Shown: piece after piece, positions 35,823 through 49,690 of the stretch
How the letters are laid out: each line of letters starts with the position of its first letter
How positions within the stretch are numbered: the stretch's first letter is position 1
Origin: the human T2T-CHM13v2.0 reference genome, Homo sapiens
Assembly: GCF_009914755.1 (NCBI RefSeq)
Contig: NC_060928.1
Strand: one strand, 5' to 3'
Length of the DNA stretch: 64,000 nucleotides
Position numbers and translations under genes: made by a program
The notes under the pieces: model-generated
The model's input: the letters and a program-made list of their open reading frames with translations, nothing else
Told to the model about the DNA's origin: nothing
The model's database searches: none

Positions 35823-37309
35823 AGGAGGAGACTTGAACATAGATTTGTCTTATTGTTAATCATATTTCAAAAAATAGGGCTGGGACCAGGATCTACCCAT
35901 CCCCATCAAGCGAGGATTGATACTAACTACAGCCACTCCTGCGGGGGCCCAAGGTTGGTTTGCAGTTGTTATTGTTGTTGTTTTGTGAATGCCTGTCTGT
36001 GTGTATGCAGCTACCCTTAGTCACTAGCCAAGGCTTTACCCACACTGGCTGCTGATCACTCGCCTTGGCATTGATTGGCCTAGAGCATGCATGGACCCTA
36101 GAACCTCTCTTTCCCACTAGCCCAGGCTTTTCATCGGCTTCATTTTTGTCTCCCTCTTGGCCTTCTTAGTAGGCACCTAGCACAGCACTCTCCCGGCTCT
36201 GTTTTTCAGTCACAGCATGAGCAGAAAAAAGAGAAGAAGGTAATGAAAGTGAGAGAAAATACTCTCATTTAGCATTATTTCTAATCTCTACTTCTATTTT
36301 TCTATTTAAAGCAAGTCATGGCTGCCCAACTGATATTTCTAAAAGTCCACTTTGTGTTTGACTCCAATCAGGCCTCATTATCCTAGGGGAAGAGGAGATG
36401 GAGGTGAGAGGAAGAGGATGGATGAATGTGGAAGGCCTTCTGCAGCTTAGCATGCAATGGTCATTTCCTGTATGCAAGGTCTTCTGCTATGTTCTGTGCA
36501 GGAAATCAAGAATGAGAAACAATTTTGGCCCTAGAGGCCTTACAAATATATCTTCCTAATTACAAGGTTATAGTCCTTTGGGAATTGCAAGTTCCCTTGA
36601 AAATTCACACAATCCTAACATGTGTTGTGCCTAGTTTGATGTGTTCTTAAACTATTACTAGCTAACACTTCTTACTGCAGAATTTCTGTGGAAATGAGAC
36701 ATAGGTATTTCTACAGGATAAATGAGAGAGTGAAAAGAGGTGTTGAAAAGGAAAACGAAAGGATGAAATAGATACAATTCCTACTTCGCTGTTTTTCAAA
36801 GTGCTTATAGTGAGTGCTCTCCGTTTCTCACCCGAAGGGGAGAAACTTCCTTGGCCTTTTTCTTCAAGTAAATAGATTAAATCTCTCTTATTGCTATTGC
36901 TATTTGACCTTTTTCATGAAGCATAGCAAAGAGTTTTTCATAATCCTAATATATACTTATGGTTTGTGACTAATGAAAAGAATTATTTCCATCCTCTAAA
37001 TTAATAGGCTTGCCTCCCTGCCCAGTAAGTTGTTCCTTCCTATACAGCATTCAGTAAAATATTTGCTGAGTAACTAAAATGTCCAAGACACCTATTTCAG
37101 CAATATATGAACTAGAAACAAAACAATAACTACAAACATGACTTATCTCTTCAAGGAAAGGAGTCAATATTCTTGTACGGAAAAAGGATCGTAGAAAAAT
37201 ACCTAATAGCATAGTGTGACAGAAATTGCGTGGAAATTACTACAAGGCAGCAAGTGAGATAGACCCTAAGCTGAGCAGACAATAAGGGTATGGCAATCCT
37301 AAATCTACA

Positions 37310-37437
37310 TGGTGTGGTGATTAAGTCCTGCGTCCATGGAGTCAGAAAGAGCTGGGTCCTGACTCTACTTATTAACTGTGCAACCTTGAATAAGTCACTT
37401 ATACCATGAGCTCCAAGTATCTCATCCTTAAAATAGA
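37310..37437 (+). mobile_element. MIR 5' part
   Basis: gtggtgattaag...tggagtcaga...ctacttattaactgtgcaaccttgaataagtcactta. Confidence 0.7.
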
Positions 37438-38136
37438 TACATTTCAGCACCTTATTGAATTTCTTCAGGCTAGGCTCTAGGGATACAACGGTGATCATGA
37501 CAGTTATGGTCTCAGGCCTTATTCAATAAACAGCAAAGAATCCAAATTGGGATAAGTATTCTGAAAGGGAGATATGGGAATGAAAACGAAAAGTAAACCA
37601 AAAAGTAAAACCTTTCTGAGACCAGTGATTTTGACAGACACTGGATTATAGAGGACCTGATAAACGACAATAAGGATTTTAAACTTTAACCTAAGCAGGA
37701 GAAGAATTGATTGAAGGGGTTTAAATACACTTCCTTTACAGAAGTCTTGCGACTGTTACATGAGAAATTGGTATGTAACATTTTTAGTGCCTTCCTGATA
37801 AAGCCTTTGCACTTCTAACTACTGCGTGAGTTACTCTACAGGGAATATAGCTAAACCCGGGTTATTTGGACACCACAAATTCCTTTCTTAACATTTTTGT
37901 TTAACATCTTTGTTCAATATTAATTTAGGGAGAAAGTAAAGAAACTAATTTTATATTACTAAAATCATATACTTCTTTAAATTGCAAAGAAGGGCTGTAT
38001 CCCTTACATTGATCATAACATTCTAATTTACCTGGAATAGTCTGTTCATTATTTTCTTTATTCATAATTGGATATTGTCAGAGCTAAAACTATACCTAGA
38101 GGTAAATCATGTAACTATGACACAAAACATTGTTTT

Positions 38137-38494
<358 letters not shown>

Positions 38495-41109
38495 TGATTT
38501 TTTTCACTTTCATTTGTGATCTCCTACACTAACTTTCTTGAGTGGTATATAGTTGGGAGATATTAAATATAGATTTTTAAAATTACCTTTTTTTTCAGGT
38601 AAAAAAGCGCTATTCTATGTGTTACGTATTTTCCTAATTTCAACGTCCTGTGACTGCCCACTTCAGGCAGTTGTCAGATCTCAGGGTTGATGAGAGCCCT
38701 GCAGTTGCGTTGGGGAAATTGTGTATCAGAAAATGCTCCTTGCTAGAGATTGGGGCCAGTGAAAATAGCCCATCTTTCTTTCTTCCTTCCTTCTCTCCTT
38801 TGTTCCTCTGTCATTTCTTTTTTTTTTTTCTTTTCTTTTTTGAATCAAGGGCCCATTCTTCAGGAGAAGTGGTACTAATTCACATCTCACTCATAGAAGG
38901 AGTTACATGTGAAAACCTGAGGTATCTAGTAGTATATTTCTGATTCCCTCTATGGATGCTTAAAATGCCTTATAGCTGTGTTTCCCAGACAGGTGCCTGA
39001 ACGACCCACCCCTGGATTTAACTCTGATGGGAATACATGTGAAACATTACTTTAAAACATATATGCAATTTTTAAGAAACATGTAAGACACCTCCTCACT
39101 CCTACTCACCCTTGAAATAGTACCCATTCTTCTCTGATAAAAGGGACACCTTAGTAGAAAAGTTTTACAAGTTCTGATGATACCAGTACTTAATAAATGG
39201 CCATATTATTATTATTATTATAAGGAAAGACAAAGAGGAGATTGAGAGGCTTTGAAGCTTCAGAAGGAGATTGAACTACACTTTGTAGGCGGGTAGGACA
39301 GATGAATGGAGAAGAGAGACAGAGTTCTAGACAGAGGACATGGTGAGAAAATGTATGGCATCAGTCTGCTCATAGTGAGTTGAAGGGATCTGGATAGGAC
39401 AGGTGGGGTAGAGCAGGTAGAAAATAGCTTTGTGATTCAGAGAGAAAAAATTATGCTACAGTGTGACAATGTAAACTCTAGGGTTAAAAAAGAGAGAGAA
39501 CATCTTTGATTCAACAACTTTCTTCACTTTCCGAGGCACAAAATAAGTTTCAACGATTATGAGTATGAAAAAGTAGCCTCAGAGATATAATCAAATCCAA
39601 TAAATAATATATAAATGAATATAATAAATACATTTTCCCTCACAGACTCTGATAAAGAAAGCAGTTAATAAATACAGATGTGTGCTGCTACTGCGTACTA
39701 AGAAAGCTTCCATCCAACCAGAGAAAACAAATCTGAAGTTAGGTCCCCTTCAGTGAAAATGCATGACTGTGAACTTCTTCATAATCCAGGAAGGGAGAAA
39801 GTACATACATTAGTCAAGGCAGTGCACTGTACTGCATTGTGTAGTCTATTAAATAATAACATATATGAAATGAATGGATCGGCTATTCAATGATATGTTC
39901 ACTTACGGAGTATCAGGTCAACCTGAAAGAAACTAATATAACCCCAAAGTTAAAAGGAAGATACTATTGTAGTAAAAACTTGAAGCCTCTTAACATATCT
40001 GTTAAAAGAAAACAATAAGCATTAAGTTTAATAAGCTTAATAGACTTAACCGAAACTAGCACAAAGGCAGTTCAGTGTTAAGAGTAGGAACTGCCAAATC
40101 ACTGCCATTTGCCCACTTTTCTTCTGGCTTCAAATATGAAATCAATTATGTTAATTTTTTGAATACGTTGGAACATTCCAAAATTTTATTATAATTATAT
40201 AGAATATTAGATAAAACATTTCCTGTATTTCCTCCAAAATGCTAGAAAAGGAGTTGTATGGTAGATAATTCTTAACTGACTTTGCTCTTATCCATTCTTA
40301 CTTAGAGATTTTTCCCGTATTTGTGATAAATGTGCAGGATTTTTGTATGTGAAGTTTCAGTAGAAAACATTTGTCTTATATGTTCTTAGTTTATACATCT
40401 TTGGGAAAGCCAGTCAAAAGAAACATGAGAGCTATTTTTAGGTGCTTTCCCTACATTTTTATTGCCTTTTAATGAAAGAGATCTTTGGGTTTTTGGGGAG
40501 GAGATGATAAATAGTAGGGAGTGTGAAGTTTAAAAGAACATATATCTTGGCTATAAATTCCATAATGTGAATACAACCTCTTTTGTTTAGATCTCTTAAT
40601 TTTTTCTCCCAGCAATGTACAGTCTGTTTGGGAATCATTCACATACTTAAGCTGTATTTACATATAAGAATCATGCTTTGGTGAAGTAGGTGATAAAGGC
40701 ATGGGAATCTTCCAGAATGTAAAGAGAAAAAAAAATCAAATAATTAGGAGTAAAAAAAAACACTCCAAACTTAAAAAACATTCACTCATATTTAGATTGA
40801 GAGAAAACTCAAAATGCTGAGCACATTCATCCTGATGAAATTTCGTAATTAAAAAAAGGAAAAAATTAGACAAGCCTCCAAAAAGAGAGAATGGAAAGGG
40901 AAAAGAGAGAGGGAGAGATGGAGAATGAGAAAAAGAATTGCCTACTAAGAAATAAGAATCAAGAATCAGACTGCATTAGACTTTTACCAACCAGATTTTA
41001 GAAGAGAATAGAGGAATTTATTCATAAATGTATTCAGAGTTCCAGAAAGACATTCTGAATCTAGAATTTTAAAATTATGTATACTTTGTATATACATATA
41101 CACATGTAT

Positions 41110-42560
41110 GTTATTTTTGAAGAGGTGTGCTCACATGGCTCAAAAATCAGAACAACATAAATACATACAGAGAGAAGACCTCTACATCTGTCCCCATCCA
41201 CTCCCTTGTATATAAGCAGATTTACTAGTTTTTTTGTGTATTCTTTTAATACTTTATAAATATATAAGCAAATGTATATATATAATCTTCTCCTTTCTTA
41301 TACAAAAGATAGCTTACTATAAATATTGTACTATTGCTTTCTTTAATTACTTAATAAAAAATGTTAGAGACCTGACTATTTTAGTACCAAAAGATCCTTT
41401 TTTTTTTTTATTGCTGCCTAAGCCTGTGTAGTGTGGATACACCAGAATCTCTGGGACCAGTGCCTATTGTTGGATACTTAAGCAGTTTCCAACTTCTTAG
41501 TGCTGTAAACAATCGTGCAATTAATAATATTTAATATACGTTACTTCTTAAATACCCATGTGCATCTGTAGGATGATGTTCCAGTGGTGGAATTACTAAG
41601 AAAAGTTAAATGCATTTAGGTAAATAGTATCAAATTTCCTTCCTTTGGAGTTGTTCCATTTTGGAATCCTAAAAACAATGCATGAGGATACTAGTTTCCC
41701 CACAGTTTTGCCAGAAGAATATGTCAACCTCTGGGTTTTTGCTAATAAAATATGTAAAATATCATACCTCTGTTTAAGTAACATTTGCATTTCTCACATT
41801 ACTGTTAAGGTGTTGCTTCTTTTGCTATGTTTGTGGGTTGTTTATGTAGTTATCTGTGGATGATCTTAACTGTTTTGGGGGAGGTTGTTAGTTTATCTCA
41901 ATTACTAAAAGTTATTTATATATTTGGGAATTAGCCTTTGTTGGTGACATGAATTACAATCAACCCTCTACCACCACCACCAATTTTGTGTTTATCTTTT
42001 GAGTTTGCTTGTAGTATTTTTTCCATGCAGAATTTCTTGATTTTTATGTAGTTAAAATTATCCTTTTCATCTTTAGTGACTTCTAGATTTTGTATTTTAT
42101 TAAGAAAGGTCTTCCTCATTCCAAGGACATAAAAGAATTCAATGATATTTTCTTGTACTTACATGGTCTTATTTTTTAAATTCAACCTTTAATCAATTTG
42201 GGATTTATTCTGGTGTAAGATGTGCAATGCTAACTTACTCCAGATGCTAGCTAATTGTTCTAACACCAGTAATAAATTTATTTTTTTTTAATGAACATGA
42301 GACAGAAACCCTGGACTAGTTTTTTTATAACTTCAGATTGGGAAAGACTTTTCTAACTGTCATACAAAATCCGGTAGTCATGAAAAAATTAACACTGATC
42401 ATTTTAACCATATAAAAATTAAAAGCTTCATTTTTCTCACTTACTTGTGATGACATCCTTATTGTATGCTAGATTCCTGTATATATTTTTCTTTATGGAC
42501 TTTCTATTATGTTTTATATTTTCATGCAGAAGTACCACAGTTTTACCTTTTGAGGTTTAT
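41110..42560 (-). mobile_element. L1ME-type L1 3' region, with a short plus-strand L1 piece at ~42300-42430
   Basis: Reverse L1ME motifs cacatggctcaaaa, tgcatgagg...tttccccaca, tttgcatttctc, aaggtcttcctcattccaagg. Confidence 0.65.
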
Positions 42561-42857
42561 GAATATTGGGAATCCCTACTAGCAACTGCCTATTTGCCTA
42601 TTTGTTTCATGAAGAAACAGCATGCGCTCCTGGTGTTCCATTCTGTTTATTATTGACAAAGAAATCCTGTATCTCATGGCTTGTGCTGACATTTGTATCT
42701 GGTCTCTTGCACCTAGATCCTAGAGTTAAACTCAAATGAGAGTCTTGAGTGCAATTCTGCTGGCCTAACAAGACAGAAAATAGCACAAACAAACATTGGG
42801 AAGTGGCTCTTTTGACTCAACCTAGAGCTTCCGACCCTTAGCCATCTATCTGATCTA

Positions 42858-43176
<319 letters not shown>

Positions 43177-44217
43177 GAGAGAGAACCATGTGTCAAAGAC
43201 AGCACTTTTTCCTTTTTTGTATATTTTCCCTGGGAATGAAACTTGCCCTTCAACTCTGGGCTAGGAGCCCTAAAGCCGGATCATACATACTCTATCCTAT
43301 AATTAAATGCCAGTACTGTTTCTCCACATAACCATCCCTAAAGTTGGCATTGACCACAGGGTGCTTGAAGAAGAGTGTCAATGTTGTAAGCTTCCCAGAA
43401 GGGAAGTCAGGTGAGAGAGAGGGCTTTGAGACAATCACTCTGGTCTTCGCTAGAGTAAGAGAAGAGAATTGCATAGGTGAGAGCCTGGCTGAAGTTGGCA
43501 GCACCAGAAAAGGATTGCACTGGGGGTTAATGGCATTCAAACTGCAGTGGACCATGGATATTTATGGACTAGGTGTGGATCCTGTAGCAATAAACTAATG
43601 TGACATGCATTAAGAGTTATGCTACCCAATAAAATCACTTTGGAAGACCAATATGATCTAATAAGTGGATGAGTCACAGGAAACCAAGAGGCAGAATGGA
43701 GCCTCTTAAATAGCTGGCCAGAGAAGAGATGTTAAGCATAAGGAGAGCCACAGTCAGATTCCCAGAGGGAATACCAGTTCTGGATATTCTCTACCAGCAC
43801 AGGGCACCCATGCCTGTTCACACCTGCACAAAGCAGCTAGCGAGTGGATGAAAAAGAAGAGAAATCAATCATGTCTTCTTTCACTGAAGTCTTCCCAGCT
43901 GAGTCAAACCTAGGTGCAGGAAAGGAGAAATTTAAATTGGGTAAGAATTTGGGATTTTGATATTTCCCTTAACTGGGCCAGTGTTTTTATTTTCAGAAAG
44001 TATCTAGAAGTTAAGGAATCAAGCCTGAGTGTCATCTCAGGTATGGGGAAAATAAGTTGTGGAACTGATTTGAATGAGCAGTGGAAGAAAAAAAATAAAA
44101 TTGGTTTCTGGTTGTTTCTCACAAAACCAATATGTTCAATGAATCAGTAACAAATACACAGTCCTTTTTCAGGACGTTTGTACATCTATATCCCGGCAAC
44201 ATTGGATCAAGCCCCCT

Positions 44218-44399
44218 CAGTATTTAATGAAGATTCTATTAGCATTTCGTTCCAAATAATTCATCATTTGTGTGATTGGCCCATGTATTACAGGACTTTT
44301 AGTATCCTACATTCTTATCCTTTAAATGTCAGTCAAGCTCCTAGTAATTTTAAGGAATGTTTCCTAAGGGCGGTACCTCCACAAATTGAGAAACACTAA
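44218..44399. mobile_element. MER20-like hAT-Charlie element, degenerate
   Basis: ctattagcattt...aataattc...ttgagaaacact resembles reverse MER20. Confidence 0.45.
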
Positions 44400-46049
44400 C
44401 TCAGGGTAAATGAGTTGATGCTGACAACCTGAGTATCTTCAAATGACATGATAATCCCCAGTAACATATTGCAAAAGGTGAACTTGGAATGGAAGACTCT
44501 AGATGCGCTCTCCAATTGATGTCCTATACATTTAGTAAGTTTAAATGTAGGAATAAAAGAATAATCAATTGAACCTAATCAATTTCCTTGGGATATATAT
44601 AGTAGCCCTTAAAATGGCTAAACCTAAAATTCAACTAAGAACCTAGAATAAATGTTCTGTTGGAAAAATAATGGCTCTCTCTCAAGTCCTACCCAAACAT
44701 AATATACTATATGACTTTATGATCCCAAAGTGTCATCTGCAATAATATGGTGAGAATGAACTCCAAGACAGTTACAAACTGAAGTATTTAGCAAGTAATG
44801 ATTTATCAGAGAACATATTTGCTGAAAATATTACTACTTTTAAATCTATAAAAAAGAGATGGTGTCTAAAACATAGCTCTCTATGACATTAATAATATAT
44901 AATCAGATCTTTTGCAAGTGGCACCTGGAAAGATAGCATGGCCAAAAAGTAGGATTAAAATATAAGAATTAAATAAGAAAGTAAAAATAAAATATGCTGC
45001 ATTGTGTTAGGAACATAGATGTTTAAACAAACCACAAATAAAAACAAAGATACAGTTACAAAAAAAATAAGGGGCAGAGGAGGAGGAAGATGGTGAAAAA
45101 GGAAGAGAAAGGGAAAGATTAAGCTAAATTAAAGGTGGGAAGGAGGAGATGGAGTGCCAGTAATTAGACATTAAAGAATTAGATTTATCTCTCTCCAAGG
45201 GACTTAAGTGATGACCTGCCATTAGTTATCATGGAATGTGAATCCGAAAATAAAGTGGTAAGATCAGCAGTGGCTTTATTAAAAATTTAAGTGGATGCAC
45301 CTGAAAAAAATAAAACTGTAGGCAAAGTATCCTTTGCAAGAGGCTCTTGAACCAAATCACTCAAAGATAAATCACCAAAGGTAGACATTACAAAGGACAC
45401 ATTGGCTTCCAATGTTCCATCAAAATGGCTGGTGTGTGACAGTCACTGGAATCTATGAATGGATGCAATGGAAACTGTGAGGTAAATGGTCCAAGGGGCA
45501 TAGTCCTGCAAACTGGAGCTTTGTCTATAATAAACACAGTATGGTTGAAAGTATGAAGATTCATCTTACAATGCAGAGAGATAGACACAATATTTAAACT
45601 ACTATTACACAAATAATTTAGATAAAAGAAAATTTAATAAAATATGCCTTAGAAGTTTCCATGCTTTATTACCTGTAGAAGAACATAATGAAACATCCCT
45701 CACTATATTTAGCTTACTGCTCTCCCAACTCTGGAAAAATAGCCTCACTCTGGAAAAATAACTATCAAACCATGGTTTTATATTAAAATTTTAAATTATG
45801 AAATGAGCGTCAATTTTCATTCCAAAACAGAGTATGAGATTTAGCAGATTTGTTGACTCAAAAATAAAGAAAAGATGTAAATCTTGGCTGATCATTAATG
45901 TTTTTTTCTTGTTCCCCATTTACTTCTTAAGTGTGGACCCTTGGATTCTTATTTGGCCTGTGAAGATGATTACAACAAAGGGCTACATCTCACCAAGATA
46001 TCTTTGATCAAGCTAATCATTTTTAAGAATTGCTAAAGCTAATTAAGCC

Positions 46050-46210
46050 CTTGTCAAACACTCAGCAGAATTCTAATCACCTTACATGTATTCATTTACT
46101 TAATTCTCATGACAATTTTACTATTCACCACTTATGACAAATGAGAGCAAGAAAGCTGAGCTACCAAGAGATTAAATAACTTGCCCAAGGACATGCAGCT
46201 AAAAGAAATA
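46050..46210 (-). mobile_element. MIR fragment
   Basis: ttaattctcatgacaa...gagattaaataacttgcccaaggacatgcagcta. Confidence 0.7.
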
Positions 46211-46843
46211 AATATTTTTAAGTCTATAGTCCCTCTCCACTCCCAGGCAAAACGACTAACTGGTGATGCGCACACATGACTCAGAAAATGAGACAGTCGT
46301 GATCTCTCTATTAAATAAAATTAAACTGAAATGTTCGGCTTGAGAAAGTCCTCAGGGGACAAAGACCCTCAGAGGGGAAATAGGCTTGCCTAGAGATGAG
46401 AGATGTCATGTACAGAATAAGTGGAAGGCTCCTTGTTGTGTGGAGTTTGTCGTAGTGTCACTTCTAATCAGTTGGGTAAGGTCCAACACATCCTGCTTTT
46501 GGCCAGGTGCTGCAACAGAGGGAGGAGTATTGAAAGTGGAAAATAGGTTTTTAGAAGATAGATGATTCATTTTGGGACATAATATTTATGGATTAAAACA
46601 AATTAGGTTCAGCTGAGAAAATGTAAAAAATATTCTAACGTGAATTAGAAATAAAATTTTTAAACACACAAAGCCCATCCTAAAATATATACATTCATAC
46701 TGCACTTTTATGCAGTAGTGGCACACACAGTTTCTTTGATCATCTCTATATTTTTTAGTGATGATGACTTTGGAATTGACTAAAGGATGTAGCAACCATT
46801 TTCTTTCTCATTTTACAAATTTGTAACTTGTTCCCTGGCTTAT

Positions 46844-47215
46844 TGCGATAGTCTTGAGTGTTTGGGTTCCCTCAAAATTCATATATTGAAATCCCAACCC
46901 CCAACGTGATGGTATTAGAAAGTAGAGCCTTTGGGAGGTAATTAGATCACCTGAAATGATATTAGTGCCCTTATAAAAGGGACCCTAGAGAGAGCCCTCA
47001 CCCTTTCCACTATGTGAGAACACAGCAAGAAGACACTCTCTGTGAACCATAAAGTGGGCCCTCAGCAGACACTGAATCTGCAACCCTCTTCATTTTGGAC
47101 TTCCCAGCCTCCAGAACTAAATATCTTTGTTATTTATTTGAAAAATGAATTTTTGTTGTTTGTAAACCAGCCAGTTTATGGCATTTTGTTATAGCAGCCA
47201 CAACAGACTAAGACA
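46844..47215 (+). mobile_element. MLT1A0-like MaLR solo LTR
   Basis: caaaattcatatattgaaatcc...ggacttcccagcctccagaact...cagactaagaca; TSD cttat/tttat. Confidence 0.88.
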
Positions 47216-48369
47216 TTTATAAAATTGTAGTGATAACACAATAATAATTCTATCTTCAACTTTATTAAATTAAAAACTTTGAACTCTTTTTCTATTGACA
47301 CCTCAATTTTTAAATTTGCCAAGTATAGTATTTGTTTATATTGCATACTTTAAATATAGATATGAATTTGCTTGTTAATATTTTAAAGATACACTAAAAA
47401 CAGAATGTATAAGACCTGAAATTGTTTATTCCCAGAAGAAATAAACAGATAAAACAATAGGCCAATCAATCAACATTCTGTGGATCATTTATTACATGTA
47501 ATATTTTTATAAATATTTATGGAATATATTCTACATGCTAAATATAAGGTGTTATATAAGATTTTAGAAGGCATAGTGGCTCGTGCTCTCTGGGAAAGGT
47601 CTATGATAAACACGCTGTCATTATGGAAGGAGGCATGTAACATATACCTCAGGAATGTTATACATCAGGTCAGAGAATGAGGGAAGAGGTCATCTGTGTT
47701 GGTGGCAGCAATAAATGAAGGTAGTCTGGTGCAAAGGAAGTAGAACTAAGGAATCAGGAGACGGAGAATAAACCTTTCAGATCTGCTGAGCTATACGATT
47801 ATTATTGGGAGTACAAAGAAACGTGTAAGCTGGGTGAAGGTGGCAAAGAGCCTTGAAGGCCAGTCTAGAGCTGTTTGTTATTACATAGATAAAACATTTG
47901 GATGGCTGATCTCTTCACCCAGGTATTTGGCGTTATCCCAGGATTTGACTTGGAATTTTAAATTTTTTTAAAAAATCAAAAAAACATAATTCTTGTGTAA
48001 AGGTCAAGGAATATCTTAATTTGATTTTGGAATTTTGTTCCAAGGGGAGTAGTCTTACCACTATCCCTTGAGACAGACAAAAAGAGACCAAAGTTAAGAA
48101 AATAAATTCTAACAAAATGTCAAAAAGATCGGAAGACCAATAGCATAAAATGTGCCTACTCTTGTATAATTTTATAAACATTAACATTTTAAATGGTATC
48201 TAAAGTGGTATAGTCTCCTCACCCACACACAGTCAAGACACAATTATCGCATTGGCTATTCCTAGATCACTATTTTAAGTACTAACTGCACATTGATTTT
48301 CCCTGAACTTACTTCGAGGTTCAAGAATCTTTATTTATTCGTGCATGCACTTAAATCTGTAAGCTGGAA

Positions 48370-48459
48370 AGTCGTGAGTTCAATCGTAAATTTGGGAGTC
48401 ATGAAGTTGTAGGCAGTCTAGAGTTCAATCATAAATTTTGGAGTCATGAATTTGGCATT
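48370..48459 (+). repeat. 45-bp degenerate tandem duplication
   Basis: gagttcaatcgtaaatttgggagtcatgaa at 48376 and gagttcaatcataaattttggagtcatgaa at 48421. Confidence 0.85.
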
Positions 48460-49539
48460 GGTTTTAGTCCTACCAAAATGTATCTTCCTAACTCTAATCC
48501 AGTGACATCACTATGGCCTTCAGACCTTAATCCCCCAGCAGGCACAACTCCAACTATAAACAGAGATTTTCACATTTAAACTATAAACTCCATATAACCA
48601 AGGGTTTTGTAGTGAGTTTAGAATTTATATAAAACTCAGATTTTAATCCCTATAAGCATAAAATAAAAATAAAAACTCTTCAGGCACAGGCTTTAACAAA
48701 AACAAACAAAACAAAATGTATTTTTCTCTTTCTTGAGTGAGGAATGAATTAAGGACCATCTGTCACCATAACTTTGAACCACTTGATCTTGGTATGCTTT
48801 TTTGGTCAGTTTTAATGTTTCTTAAACCCAATTTCTCTTGTCTTCTTTAAAATGGACTAATCTCCAATCATCATGGAAATAAGTCAAGTAAATGAAAAAT
48901 CATAAATTACATGGGGACTCACTAATTCAGTTAGTTTATTTGGAAACAAAATGCCTGGGGCTTCAAAGAGAAGAAACTGCCTTCGCTTCAATTCCTTGTA
49001 TGCATTGGCCAAATTAACTTGCCAAGGAAATGACAGATGATTTAACAAAGTGAGTGACCAATGCGACTTTCTGTTCCATCCAGAGACGTGTTGGGGGTAG
49101 GGGTGAGGTAGGGCTTGGGGAAGGATAGAAAAAGTCTGGAGCATGAATTCCAAACCATGGCTTTTATGAAATACTCAGATTAGTCACATTTCCCAACTAA
49201 GAAGGTATTGTAAAACATCCAAAACATTTTCAAACTTAAAGGCTTTCAATTCAATTATTTTAAATTATGTATAATACAAAGCACTTTAAGAAAGGTACAA
49301 AGCCCAAAAGGCCATGAAATACAAAATTCGATATCTGCCAATCAGAAACTAACCGAAACTCTCTTATGTGATTAAGTTACATTGGTCATCAATACAAGAA
49401 TTCAGGAATTCTACAAAGTGTACATTGAAAATTAAAAATATATCAAGAACAAAACAACAACAAAATTAACTCAAGGGTAAGTGACATTTATCTTATAGCC
49501 ATATTGTGGTTTCCAGGTATAAATTGCTTTCATCGTATC

Positions 49540-49690
49540 TATATTATGACACAATCTTGTGAGATGTGAGAGGTAAGTATTACTATTATGAGAAAAAGAA
49601 AACTGAAAACCAGAAAGAGTAAGTGATATATTCAAGGCCATACAGGTAATAAATAGCAGTGACAGAAGAAATCAGATATCCTTAATTATT
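49540..49690 (-). mobile_element. MIR fragment
   Basis: gaggtaagtattacta...gaaaactgaaaaccagaaagagtaagtga...caaggccatacagg. Confidence 0.55.

Noticed and set aside
48370-48459. Short direct repeats with spacers (also 45728-45760, 22017-22059) resembling a repeat-spacer array
   Set aside because: Only two copies each, in eukaryotic DNA; ordinary slippage duplications, not CRISPR.
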